DNA of 64,000 bases from a virus. The notes beneath the pieces are model-generated. The model was not told where the DNA came from, ran no database searches, and worked only from the letters and a program-made list of their open reading frames with translations. Location: IMG/VR virus record IMGVR_UViG_3300027861_000010; one strand, 5' to 3'. The position numbers and the translations under genes are program-made. Below are positions 1 through 9,183 of this stretch, in pieces. Within the stretch, counting starts at the first letter, position 1. Every line of letters starts with the position of its first letter.

Positions 1-10
1 AAGTAATAAC

Positions 11-205
11 ATGCTCGTACTATCGAGAAAACGAGACGAGAAACTTACCTTAACTGTACCGCCAAGCGATCAACCCACCATAATCGAAGTAACCGTGGTG
101 GAGGTGCAAAAGTCGAAGGTTCGTCTCGGAATGCAAGCCCCCAAAGAAGTCGCGATCGCTCGCAACGAATTGTCGACTGGTGGTCGGCTTATCAAGACGG
201 GGTAG
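11..205 (+). CDS. csrA: Carbon storage regulator CsrA/RsmA-like RNA-binding protein
   Basis: MLVLSRK...IEVTVVEVQKSKVRLGMQAPKEVAIARNEL matches the CsrA consensus (MLVLSRK..E.I.I...I.V.V..I....VRLGI.AP..V.I.R.E). Confidence 0.9.
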   Translation: MLVLSRKRDEKLTLTVPPSDQPTIIEVTVVEVQKSKVRLGMQAPKEVAIARNELSTGGRLIKTG

Positions 206-291
206 CCCGTTGGTCACATTAGGTGATTTTGATGAACGATGAACAGCAATCAAATTGCTCTCACGTTTGTCTTAATTCACCTGATGGGGCC

Positions 292-333
292 GAGAACTTG
301 CGTGGGATCCTCCTTGGGGTTCTCACGCTTCTC
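292..333 (+). terminator. Stem-loop downstream of csrA (possible terminator or structured RNA)
   Basis: GAGAA..GCGTGGGATCC / GGGTTCTCACGC-TTCTC imperfect inverted repeat followed by a pyrimidine-rich tract. Confidence 0.45.
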
Positions 334-450
334 TTTACCTATTGGAGAAGGAGGTACAATTGGTCGACCGCTTATTGGAAATCCTGTTGGTTTTCCTTAT
401 GATTGACGGGACGTGTTTACTCGCAGCAACTCTTTTTGGAAGAATGACAC

Positions 451-780
451 ATGGCCGTAGAAGCAATCGAAGTCAAACTCGACGGCGACGGAAGTCGCGG
501 TAGCGTACTCATTGAATCAGATCTGCCGGAACTTTCCGCACAGATCGAAGAACTTGGCTCAGCTAAGGCTCGTGAGCATGTGCTCATGGCTGCGGTCAAG
601 GAAGGCATCAAAGGACAGCCTGGCATCTCCAGAACGGTGGAACCAGCCTATCCGCTCAATTCGTCCGGCGAGACGATTGAGAACCTCAAAGGAGAAGATG
701 GTGAGCCCTTGCCGCCCACTTCCCCGCGAATGCAACCCCAGAAGTACCGAGCACGGTACGAGGTGACAGCTCGCCAATGA
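451..780 (+). CDS. Hypothetical protein
   Basis: 109-aa ORF; stop overlaps next start (ATGA). Confidence 0.7.
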   Translation: MAVEAIEVKLDGDGSRGSVLIESDLPELSAQIEELGSAKAREHVLMAAVKEGIKGQPGISRTVEPAYPLNSSGETIENLKGEDGEPLPPTSPRMQPQKYRARYEVTARQ

Positions 781-1217
781 CCACAGAACTCGTCGTTCTG
801 AACGAAGCAGCCGTCCAGCGGCTTAAAAAGGCTGTGAAAACTGATTCAGACCTGGTGGTTTGGGTCGGTGACTGGCTTTCGCATTTGAATCTGTTCTCTG
901 ACGCACAGATATACGATATCCTTAGGTTTGTTCAGCCGCAGGTTGAGGAGTTCGAGAAGCAGGTCTCAGACGGAGTCGATCGACAGATAGCCACCTTGGT
1001 CGTCTGCGATTCTCGTTGGGTTTCCTTTACGAACATACCCATGTTCTGGGACACTGAGGTTTCGGACATGATCCCCGAACTCGGAAATTATGCAGTGACT
1101 CACATCATGTGTGATGTGGCTGCCCTGCGAGCCAGAATGCTCTACCGACAAGGACGTTTCAATGCAAAACCAGACCGCGACTCGGATACTGCAACACTTC
1201 ACGAAGCAAAGCAGTAG
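777..1217 (+). CDS. Hypothetical protein
   Basis: 146-aa ORF, coupled to upstream gene. Confidence 0.7.
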   Translation: MTTELVVLNEAAVQRLKKAVKTDSDLVVWVGDWLSHLNLFSDAQIYDILRFVQPQVEEFEKQVSDGVDRQIATLVVCDSRWVSFTNIPMFWDTEVSDMIPELGNYAVTHIMCDVAALRARMLYRQGRFNAKPDRDSDTATLHEAKQ

Positions 1218-1926
1218 CCAGCTGAGCGGGGTAGCCCCGAAGACCATTCATCGAGCAATGTTGCTCTCTGAGGACACCTTCACGACCCCCTTATTCTTGT
1301 TGCTGATGGACCGTTACGGACTCGAAGCCCTTCAGTGGGCACCCGAAACGATTCGACGTGAGCTGGAAGATGACTTTCAACTTCAGCTTCCGAAGTACAC
1401 GCTTGATAAACTCATGGCCGCAATCAGCATCGTCACGACCAACTACTTCTATAAAGATGTGACGAGATTCATTGAGCTGTGCAACATCCTGGCCGGTGAT
1501 GAATTTCAACCGGACGAATTCGAGCCCGCTGACGCGAGCGAGATTTTACTGGCTATGACGGAAGCCCTCCTGTTATGGCCGCCTGACGAAGACTCTGAAG
1601 ACACTGAATTTTCAGAGGAAATACGCGAGTACATCAGTCAGGTGCTCCAAGATGAGGGCATCATTAAACCGTTTGACATACTGCGGCTGGCCTTTGACAA
1701 TGATCAAGGTCCTATTGTTGATGCAGAGTACGCCGATGACCCTGAAATGTTCGCGGCGATCTACGACACCCAGCAAAGCAAACAGAACGATATGCAAGCA
1801 ATGCTGATGGAAAACGTAGGGGCTTTGACGCAACAATTGCGATTGTTACCATTGAAGAACGGTCAAGCTTCGGCTGTAATCGAACAGCTGCACGGACTGG
1901 TAAATCGGGCTAACGCGGCCCAGTAA
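1162..1926 (+). CDS. Hypothetical acidic protein
   Basis: Long ORF 1111-1926; probable ATG at 1162 after AAGGA. Confidence 0.7.
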   Translation: MQNQTATRILQHFTKQSSSQLSGVAPKTIHRAMLLSEDTFTTPLFLLLMDRYGLEALQWAPETIRRELEDDFQLQLPKYTLDKLMAAISIVTTNYFYKDVTRFIELCNILAGDEFQPDEFEPADASEILLAMTEALLLWPPDEDSEDTEFSEEIREYISQVLQDEGIIKPFDILRLAFDNDQGPIVDAEYADDPEMFAAIYDTQQSKQNDMQAMLMENVGALTQQLRLLPLKNGQASAVIEQLHGLVNRANAAQ

Positions 1927-1946
1927 TTAACTCTAAGGAGAATTAG

Positions 1947-2327
1947 ATGCGTACTATTTTGATGGCCCTGGTGCTTGGCCTACTTTGCACCAATTTCGCT
2001 TTCGCACAGCCTGAGGTGATTAAGACCGCCACGGCCCCGCCCGCTCCCCCGACTCTGGAAAGCGTGGTGCAGGATGCAACCCCGGCTCCAGTTGTCGCCG
2101 CCCCAGCTCCCGCAGTGGTTGTCGAACAAGCTGCTGCGGCCCCTGTCTGTGTCAACGGACAATGCAGGATTCAGCCGATCCGGACCTTGGTAGTCAAACC
2201 AATTGCCAACGTCATGGGCAACACGGTTGAAAGGGTTCAACAGGTGCGATGCAATGTGCGGCAAAGGACTCAGTGTCGAGTACAGCGAGTTCGCGTACGA
2301 CTCTTCCAACGAAGGTGTTGTCGCTGA
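1947..2327 (+). CDS. Secreted Pro/Ala-rich, Cys/Arg-rich small protein
   Basis: AAGGAG RBS; signal peptide (MRTILMALVLGLLCTNFAFA); PA linker; C-terminal CVNGQC...RRCCR. Confidence 0.75.
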   Translation: MRTILMALVLGLLCTNFAFAQPEVIKTATAPPAPPTLESVVQDATPAPVVAAPAPAVVVEQAAAAPVCVNGQCRIQPIRTLVVKPIANVMGNTVERVQQVRCNVRQRTQCRVQRVRVRLFQRRCCR

Positions 2328-2408
2328 CTTCAACCCCCAACGGAATTTTATTCGCTAAGGATCGGCACAATCGTGTCGGTCCTTTTTTCGTTTTATAAAG
2401 GAAGACTC

Positions 2409-3119
2409 ATGTCACATGTGGACAGCGGTTTCTGCGTTACGGACATCGCAGCCCTGGCATTGACCGTTAAAGAACAATGCCCTGACCTTGAACTGGTCAA
2501 ACAAAAGTCATACCGCACCTGGATTGCGGACCACGGTCGCCTCGTTGGCGATTACCCGTTGCCGGGCATCTACCAAATCAAACTGATGGCGGCACTGAAG
2601 CGACAGGACATCGACGTACACGCTCGTGCCGCGGCACAAGGTGTCGAACTGCCCAAGAATCTCCTCGACTTGGAGAAGCAGCCTTGGGACCTGGCTACAC
2701 AGAAGAAGCTTTTCCAGGATGCGACATTCAAGAAAGGTTACGAGAAGATCTGCCAGGATGTTGTCGGTAAAGATGCTGAGTACGTCATCAAGTACAAGGC
2801 AGGCAAAGGCAATAAAGGTGCTTACGAGATCGGACTTGTGCCACACCCTGTCAACAAGGGTGAGTACGTGATGATGGCCGACTTCTACGCACAGGGTAAT
2901 GGCATCCTGGAAGCCGCGGGCGTAGGTAAACATGTCCGCAAAGGTCCCAAGGACACCTGGGGCGGTGAACTTAAGCAAGCGTACGCTGTCAAGGCTGCTG
3001 AGCGGAAGATCATCGGTGAGATCCAGGCTGGGAACCCTGAGTTCGGTAGCTACAAAAAGGTGACTTTGCCCGACGGTCGGGTGAAAATTGAAGTGACACC
3101 TCGTGGAGGGAACGTGTAA
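2409..3119 (+). CDS. DUF1257/Ycf35-like protein
   Basis: MSHVDSG N-terminus and YEIGLV...MMADFY motif; directly upstream of DUF2997-like and Ycf46-like genes. Confidence 0.55.
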   Translation: MSHVDSGFCVTDIAALALTVKEQCPDLELVKQKSYRTWIADHGRLVGDYPLPGIYQIKLMAALKRQDIDVHARAAAQGVELPKNLLDLEKQPWDLATQKKLFQDATFKKGYEKICQDVVGKDAEYVIKYKAGKGNKGAYEIGLVPHPVNKGEYVMMADFYAQGNGILEAAGVGKHVRKGPKDTWGGELKQAYAVKAAERKIIGEIQAGNPEFGSYKKVTLPDGRVKIEVTPRGGNV

Positions 3120-3316
3120 TGACCGGACGCAAAATCGAAATCACGATCGACACCGAAGGGGAAACCACAGTTGAAGCCATCGGCTACAAAGGCGGTAAGT
3201 GCATGCAGGCAACTGCCCCACTGACTAAGGCCCTGATCGGAACTCCCACCACGCACATGAAAAAGCCCGACTACTATCAGGGCGACCACGCAACCAAAGT
3301 GAGAGAGACGGAATGA
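3119..3316 (+). CDS. DUF2997-like protein
   Basis: IEITIDTEGETTVEAIGYKGGKCMQATAPLTKALIG matches the DUF2997 pattern. Confidence 0.75.
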   Translation: MTGRKIEITIDTEGETTVEAIGYKGGKCMQATAPLTKALIGTPTTHMKKPDYYQGDHATKVRETE

Positions 3317-3594
3317 ACAAACCTGAATTGCAGCAGCGTATCCAAGATGCGTTGCCGCAAATGCGAGACGAAGACTTCGACTATCACGCCACGGATCTCT
3401 ATGTGCGGGCTCGTCCCGGCCTAGTTCGGTGGTTGATTCAAAATTACGAGTTCTGGACCAACGTGACCCGCTTCACATGCAAGGTCAATGATCCGGAGCT
3501 TCAAAGGCTGGGGGTGCGTGAGCTGTGGCTCGACATCCCTTTCGCTGGTTACTGGCCCAATGACAAGAAAGTGAAAAAACATGAGCACAACTGA
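3313..3594 (+). CDS. Hypothetical protein
   Basis: 93-aa ORF overlapping both neighbours. Confidence 0.65.
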   Translation: MNKPELQQRIQDALPQMRDEDFDYHATDLYVRARPGLVRWLIQNYEFWTNVTRFTCKVNDPELQRLGVRELWLDIPFAGYWPNDKKVKKHEHN

Positions 3595-5437
3595 AAAACT
3601 GACCGGCTACTTTTACAGTGGCCAAGCTGGCTTGGTGTTGACGAGCGTCGAGCCTGAAGAGTGCTTGCAAGAGCTGGCCGAGACCGCCCGGGCCTCCCAA
3701 GGTACGGATGAGCCGTACGAATTGGCCTTCTGGGACTGTGCAGACGGTCTCACGGACATGTACGGCAACACCATGTCGATTGGCGAAGGAGACGTTCCTG
3801 ACGAGGACCTGGCCGCTCTGGGGCTCACAGGTGGGCAATCCCAGAAGCTCGGACTTCACGAGACGCTGGAGACGGTGCTGGGAACGGCTCGTCAGCGTCA
3901 GTACCGTGAAGAGACTGGTGAGATGGATGAGGGCGACGATACCATGCGTATCCTCGTCATCCGCAACTTTGACCGGCACTTGTGTCCTTCTGGACCCCAA
4001 GGGCCGGTGGATGCTGCTTTGCTGATGCTGGCACAGAAGATCGTCAACGAAGGTCAGGGCACCAAGGTGTTCCTGATCATGCAGACCACTCCAGGATTCG
4101 AGCTGCCACCTGAACTGGCTGAGCACTGTGAGTACATCGAGCACGATCTGCCGGAAAGCGAAGAGCGACTGAGCATCATCACCGACCTTGGTGTTGAGTT
4201 GGAGAGTGCCGACAAGAAGGTGCTGGAAGCAACTGCAGGATTGTCCCGAGCCAAGACAGCTCAGTACGTTGCCGAGACGCTGGCATCCTTTGGTTACCTG
4301 AACCCCATGGCCGTCTTCAAGAAGAAGGCATTGCACCTGGGTCGCAGCTCCAAGCTGGCTGTCTGGTCTCCGGACTTCGTGGAACGTGTCAAGCTGTGGC
4401 CTTCACCAAAGGTTGAAGAACTGGCCGGAGCCACCGACGTGAACGTCATTCACGAAGAGACTCACATCAACAACCGTGAGTTGGGTGAAGATGAAGTCCG
4501 TGCTCGTCTTCAGTACATCGAAGGCGACAAGATGGTTGAGCGTTGGTTGGATCCGATGCCAAAGGCTGAGTTTGAGAAGCTGTACCGACCTGACCGGGAC
4601 TTCTACTCGTTCAAGTCCGTCATCGGGCTGGATGGTCTCAAGGAGTTCTTGTCGAACGGCTTCCGTGAGAATGTGCCTTTGCGTGCTCGACTGAAGCACA
4701 TCCTGATGCTTGGCGTTCCAGGTACAGGCAAGAGTCACATGATGCGTTGCACCAGTGGTGAGTTCAGCGAGCCGATCTGTGAGATGCAGGTCGATCAGCT
4801 GTACTCCAAATGGCTGGGCGACACCGACAAGATTCTCGCTCGTATGTTGCGTACCGCTGGAATGATCGGCGGCATCCTGGCCATCGACGAGTTTCAGCGG
4901 TTCCTTCCCAAGTCGGGAGGAGACACTGAAGGCAGCGGCGTGGAGAATCGAATGGGTGGCTCCATTCTGACGTGGTTGAATGACCAGAACAGCAACCTGG
5001 TCATGTCGGCTGCTAACAACATCAGCAACTTGCCTGACGAGTTCACTCGATCTGGTCGTTGCGATGTCACGATGTTCGTTGGTTTCCCTGGTCAAGCCGC
5101 CAAGGAAGCAGCGTGGAAGATGTACATTCGGATCCACGAACTGGAAGATCAGGAGTTGCCGCAGGACGAGTACTGGACTCCTGCTGACATCATGAACTGC
5201 TGCCGTCTGGCTGAGCAACAACGAGAAACGTTGAAGCGTTCGGCTCGTTTCGTGACACCCAGTTACGAGAAGAACCGCAAACAGATGGACACGTTGATGG
5301 AGTGGGCTGAAGGTGCCGGTTGCGTCTGTGCTGAGACCGGTGAACGCTTTGTGCATCCACGCAAAGTGAAAGCTGTCAGTTCGACACCGAAGAAGGTCAC
5401 CCGCAAGGTCCGCGGCAAGAAGGAAACCGATGGGTAA
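3581..5437 (+). CDS. Ycf46-like AAA+ ATPase
   Basis: Walker A GVPGTGKS, Walker B ILAIDE, SRH AANNISNLPDEFTRSGRCD; degenerate N-terminal AAA module; DUF1257/DUF2997 context. Confidence 0.88.
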   Translation: MSTTEKLTGYFYSGQAGLVLTSVEPEECLQELAETARASQGTDEPYELAFWDCADGLTDMYGNTMSIGEGDVPDEDLAALGLTGGQSQKLGLHETLETVLGTARQRQYREETGEMDEGDDTMRILVIRNFDRHLCPSGPQGPVDAALLMLAQKIVNEGQGTKVFLIMQTTPGFELPPELAEHCEYIEHDLPESEERLSIITDLGVELESADKKVLEATAGLSRAKTAQYVAETLASFGYLNPMAVFKKKALHLGRSSKLAVWSPDFVERVKLWPSPKVEELAGATDVNVIHEETHINNRELGEDEVRARLQYIEGDKMVERWLDPMPKAEFEKLYRPDRDFYSFKSVIGLDGLKEFLSNGFRENVPLRARLKHILMLGVPGTGKSHMMRCTSGEFSEPICEMQVDQLYSKWLGDTDKILARMLRTAGMIGGILAIDEFQRFLPKSGGDTEGSGVENRMGGSILTWLNDQNSNLVMSAANNISNLPDEFTRSGRCDVTMFVGFPGQAAKEAAWKMYIRIHELEDQELPQDEYWTPADIMNCCRLAEQQRETLKRSARFVTPSYEKNRKQMDTLMEWAEGAGCVCAETGERFVHPRKVKAVSSTPKKVTRKVRGKKETDG

Positions 5438-5786
5438 CAGGCTGATACGCAAGGGACGAAAGTTCATTGAGTATTGCATCTGCCCAAACGCCGGGAATCA
5501 CGGGGAGGCTACCAAAGTTCGCTTTGGTCCTCGTGACCGGTGGGTGGGTGACCACTATTGGCAATTCGTCCGCGAATATGAGCCCTCTCGAAAAGAGAGG
5601 GCTTTTTTATTGATGTCTCGGCTCGAGAACCGTGGCCGCACCGATTCGCTGCCGTACCAGGTAGCTCGTTGTGTGGTGCTCACGGCAATGGGGTACGGAG
5701 ACATCGCTCAATTACATTTCAAACAGTGGAGGGAAAAACGTGGATCAAATGACACTGGAGTTCACCGAGAGTCAGGTCAAAGCTGA
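5430..5786 (+). CDS. Hypothetical protein
   Basis: 118-aa ORF overlapping flanking genes. Confidence 0.55.
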   Translation: MGNRLIRKGRKFIEYCICPNAGNHGEATKVRFGPRDRWVGDHYWQFVREYEPSRKERAFLLMSRLENRGRTDSLPYQVARCVVLTAMGYGDIAQLHFKQWREKRGSNDTGVHRESGQS

Positions 5787-7062
5787 CGGGGAGGTTATTT
5801 TGGATGCAGAAAAGAAAGTCCCGAAGCCGGAAAACCAGGTCACTTACTGCACCGTGAAGTTCACGGTCGGTTGGCTTCCTGGTTCAGTCGGTTTCACTGA
5901 TGCGGCCAAGTCGGCCTTGGCTGCCGCCCGTGGGACGGACAAGAAAGCGATCCGCGGATCGTATGCGATTTTGGGTGCGTCCCGGGATCCACTCATCAAA
6001 GAGGGTGCCGCCCTCAAGCGATTGCTGTCGGCAGTTCGTGACGAGTACACCATTCCGGAGTACACGCTGCGAGCCTCGGCCAACAGCTCAGAAGAGAAGC
6101 CTGAAAAGGTCAAGGGCAGCCACCTGATCGAGTCGATCCGCATTGAGGAGTTCCTCAAGCGGTTCAATGAGTTTCGGCAGCAGTACCTGGCCTGGGGCAA
6201 ACGGGTTGCCGAGGCTGGCAATTACAACCGCATCCGTTCAGCGGATCAGGAAGCCTTGAGCAAGGACTGGGAGATTGTTGAGAAGCGATATCCCAGTGCA
6301 GCTCAAATGGCGGACAGCGTGGCCTGCGATCAACCGAAGATCGAGCCCTTTGACGCCAGCTTCACGTTGGCTGACGTTGCTCCTGAGACGTCCAAGATGC
6401 TGCGAGAGCAAGCTGAGGCTCGTTTGGCTGCATCTGTCGAGGGAGCGACCGCTGAGCTGGTCCTGGAGTTCAAGGACATGGTGGAAGCCGTGGCCCGTAA
6501 CTGCGGCAAGCGGATTCGTCTGCTGCCTCCGATGGGGCCGAAGCAAGACCTGCGTCATGCTGAGGTGATGCAGATCCTACGAACCAAGGACACTGAAGAA
6601 GTGCCCGAAGGTTCCCTGCTCATCACGGTCCAACGGGCCAAGCCCAAGGACGACAATTCCGATCGCTTCATCAACATCGGCAAGAAGGAAGACATGCTGC
6701 TGACTGAAGCGGAGTACAAGGAGCTGCGTCCTTACGAAACCGAGGAGTATCGTCAGTTGGCTCAGTCCAGCTTCGATAACCTGCTGTGGCTGGCTAAGAA
6801 GATATCCACAATCAAGAGCATGCTCGGAAATGATTGCGGAGTCGATGACCTAACGTGTCTCGCCCAGGAGGTAGAATCCACTCTGGGTGAACTTGGCGGT
6901 TCGGCTTCGGCCATCACTCAAGAGCTGAAGGGATCTGGCTATGCTCGTAGCATGGCGAAGCAGACCTTCAACGGTTTCTTCAGTCGCCTTCAGGATCAGG
7001 AGCTGGAGATCAAGAAACGCAGCCGTACGCGGCGGAAGATCAAGGTCGGAGGCAATGGATAA
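5740..7062 (+). CDS. Helical protein of the Ycf46 cluster (DUF3150-like)
   Basis: GGAGGG RBS and GTG at 5740; long helical ORF; family assignment mostly from context. Confidence 0.6.
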   Translation: MDQMTLEFTESQVKADGEVILDAEKKVPKPENQVTYCTVKFTVGWLPGSVGFTDAAKSALAAARGTDKKAIRGSYAILGASRDPLIKEGAALKRLLSAVRDEYTIPEYTLRASANSSEEKPEKVKGSHLIESIRIEEFLKRFNEFRQQYLAWGKRVAEAGNYNRIRSADQEALSKDWEIVEKRYPSAAQMADSVACDQPKIEPFDASFTLADVAPETSKMLREQAEARLAASVEGATAELVLEFKDMVEAVARNCGKRIRLLPPMGPKQDLRHAEVMQILRTKDTEEVPEGSLLITVQRAKPKDDNSDRFINIGKKEDMLLTEAEYKELRPYETEEYRQLAQSSFDNLLWLAKKISTIKSMLGNDCGVDDLTCLAQEVESTLGELGGSASAITQELKGSGYARSMAKQTFNGFFSRLQDQELEIKKRSRTRRKIKVGGNG

Positions 7063-7402
7063 GTTCACCATCTTCATCGACGATGACGGGATGACTCAAG
7101 GTTTGAAGAGTCCCGTCACCGAAGCCCTCGGTCTGCGTGAGCGTAAACGGGTGAGTCACGTAGAACCTGTGAACCGGGTTCTGCGTTGGCTCTTCCACTT
7201 CATCCGTAGCCGAGTTGCGGATGATTCCAGAGTGGCGGGCTTTACCCGCCGCTGGCCTGTCAAATGGCAGGCCAATCTTTTCGAGGGACCAACCCTGGGA
7301 CCTTTTAATGTGCGACAGGAAGCAATTGATGCCGAAGTCGCGTGGATCAATGAAACCTTTGAAGAAGGAATGAGAACGAATGAGCAAGTTGACATTGGTT
7401 GA
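7055..7402 (+). CDS. Small conserved protein of Ycf46 clusters
   Basis: RVSHVEP...WQANLFEGPTLGPF..RQEAIDAEVAW pattern. Confidence 0.6.
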   Translation: MDKFTIFIDDDGMTQGLKSPVTEALGLRERKRVSHVEPVNRVLRWLFHFIRSRVADDSRVAGFTRRWPVKWQANLFEGPTLGPFNVRQEAIDAEVAWINETFEEGMRTNEQVDIG

Positions 7403-7865
7403 AGCGGAAGCGTTGTCTCGATTGGCTGGCAAACTGGTTGACGCCGCCAAGAAGGACGGCAAGAAAATGTCGCCCGGCAACTACACCTACGACTTCACTG
7501 TCAAGTGTGATGGCAGTATCGGTCGTGGCGACACGACGAAGGTCACTCCGCAGTTCAAGATCGAGAGCCTGCTCAAGGCTGTCATCTTGCTGTACGCCTC
7601 GGAGCTGGGGGAAGAGGAAGGCCTGGAGTGGCTTGAGGCTGTGATGGATGCTGACGGTGTGGCCGGTGCTGTGGTTCAGCTCGGTTCGTCCGCAGCTCTC
7701 AGCAAGGTGGATGACAAGTTCACCGCTGTCTTCGAGCGGGCAGCCAAGGCCCTGAAAGAGAAGCACACCAAGACGGCTACCAAGGTGGATCGTGCCGGTA
7801 ACACCAGCGTGGTCGGTGCTGTCGAGAAGGTGCCGAACTACGAAGGCGATCTCGCCGGTCGGTAA
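7380..7865 (+). CDS. Hypothetical protein
   Basis: 161-aa ORF with RBS, followed by terminator. Confidence 0.7.
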   Translation: MSKLTLVEAEALSRLAGKLVDAAKKDGKKMSPGNYTYDFTVKCDGSIGRGDTTKVTPQFKIESLLKAVILLYASELGEEEGLEWLEAVMDADGVAGAVVQLGSSAALSKVDDKFTAVFERAAKALKEKHTKTATKVDRAGNTSVVGAVEKVPNYEGDLAGR

Positions 7866-7889
7866 CATAAATGTTACCAACCTCCAGTA

Positions 7890-7919
7890 CCCTGCACCCT
7901 TCGGGGTGCGGGGTTTTTT
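7890..7919 (+). terminator. Rho-independent terminator
   Basis: CCCTGCACCC-TTCG-GGGTGCGGGG followed by TTTTTT. Confidence 0.85.
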
Positions 7920-7948
7920 GTTTCGATCAACACACAAGGAATTAGACA

Positions 7949-8833
7949 ATGGGATGCGACATCCACGAGCATTACGAAGTCAAGAACGAGGCGGGCAAAT
8001 GGGAACGACTGATCACTCGACGTGAAGAGTTGCGTGATTCACTGTACGGCCACAACAGTGACCAGGAAGACGAGCACCGCACACAGGAAGAATGGGACGC
8101 GATGCTGAACGAGATGTGGGAACAGCCTCTGTACATCAGACGCAACTACGGCCTGTTCGCCATCTTGGCCGACGTTCGCAACGGTCGCGGCTTTGCTGGC
8201 ATTCCGACCGGCAGCGGGTTCGAGCCAATCTCCGAGCCGCGTGGACTTCCTGATGGCTTGTCTCAGGAAGTGCTGAAAGAGAACGCTACCAGTCATGACC
8301 CTGATGACGAGTCCTACGAAGAGTGGACACAGCAGGCAAGGTCTTGGGTAGATAAGGGTTACTCCACGATCTTGCAGGAAGAGCCGCTGCTGGTGTCTTG
8401 TCGGGACTGGCACTCTCACTCCTGGTACACGCTCAAGGAGCTGCTGGATTACGACTGGGATGCCAAGACCACGACTCGTCGCGGCGTCGTCTGTCAATCG
8501 GCTTACGCCACCTGGGACCGGGACAAGCCTGGGTTCCCCGACAGTATGTCCCGCATGGTGTCCGGTGCCTTCGTCGAACACATCTCTGAAGAAGAGATGC
8601 AGCGACGTATCAAAGAAGGTCTGCCGGATGCGGAGACAGCCAAAAGAGAGGTGAACGGCGAAGAGATGGAGGGCAATGTCCGTTTCTTCTGCGAAGTCAA
8701 CTTCGAGATGCGTTACAGCGACTGCTGTCGTCACTTCGTTGACAAATCGTTGCCATTTCTCAAGCAGTACGCTGACGAGCACCTCGGTGGTGACTACGAG
8801 CGTCTGCGTTTCGTGTTCTGGTTCGACAACTAA
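7949..8833 (+). CDS. Phage hypothetical protein (MGCDIH family)
   Basis: MGCDIH start, RNYGLFAILADVRN, RGLP and RFVFWFDN end, typical of a widespread phage family. Confidence 0.75.
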   Translation: MGCDIHEHYEVKNEAGKWERLITRREELRDSLYGHNSDQEDEHRTQEEWDAMLNEMWEQPLYIRRNYGLFAILADVRNGRGFAGIPTGSGFEPISEPRGLPDGLSQEVLKENATSHDPDDESYEEWTQQARSWVDKGYSTILQEEPLLVSCRDWHSHSWYTLKELLDYDWDAKTTTRRGVVCQSAYATWDRDKPGFPDSMSRMVSGAFVEHISEEEMQRRIKEGLPDAETAKREVNGEEMEGNVRFFCEVNFEMRYSDCCRHFVDKSLPFLKQYADEHLGGDYERLRFVFWFDN

Positions 8834-8842
8834 GGAGAAGCC

Positions 8843-9181
8843 ATGCTTCCTGCAGACGTTTCAAGATGCCGAGGCGAGCACTGCTCTGTCAGGGAGCACT
8901 GCATCCGGTACACCACACCACCAGTCCCTGACCATCCGTGGCAGGTATGGATGGAAAGTCCGCACACTGCTGAATCTGAAGTGGAGTGCGGGTTGTTCAT
9001 GTACGACCTGAAGCCTGGTGATCGGGCGAAGTTTTTTCACCCCGGCACCGTAGGTGTTATGCATCCTGCTGTTGTGTTGAAAGTGATCGACAATGGGCGG
9101 GTTCAAGTTCGCTTCGACACGCCCCATCCAACCAACGGTCGCCGGATCTTTGAAGTTCCACCGAACCACAATCCGGAGTAG
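8843..9181 (+). CDS. Hypothetical protein (Cys-rich N-terminus, SH3/KOW-like C-terminus)
   Basis: AAGGAG RBS; DVSRC..C...C.RY motif. Confidence 0.65.
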   Translation: MLPADVSRCRGEHCSVREHCIRYTTPPVPDHPWQVWMESPHTAESEVECGLFMYDLKPGDRAKFFHPGTVGVMHPAVVLKVIDNGRVQVRFDTPHPTNGRRIFEVPPNHNPE

Positions 9182-9183
9182 CC

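Noticed and set aside
3555-3590. Possible self-target of array unit 6 (A-rich stretch before the AAA start)
   Set aside because: Manual alignment with an NN-x pattern matched only about four consecutive dinucleotides and failed on both sides, which is expected by chance in A-rich DNA.
3485-5479. Long minus-strand ORFs (3485-4336, 4403-5479) and similar shadows elsewhere (2508, 8039, 35666, 19955+)
   Set aside because: They lie antisense to well-supported genes with recognisable motifs and have no domain signal of their own.
7861-7878. Small palindrome GGTAACA-TAAA-TGTTACC as an operator
   Set aside because: A single 7-bp stem overlapping a stop codon next to a terminator, with no second copy noticed; insufficient support.
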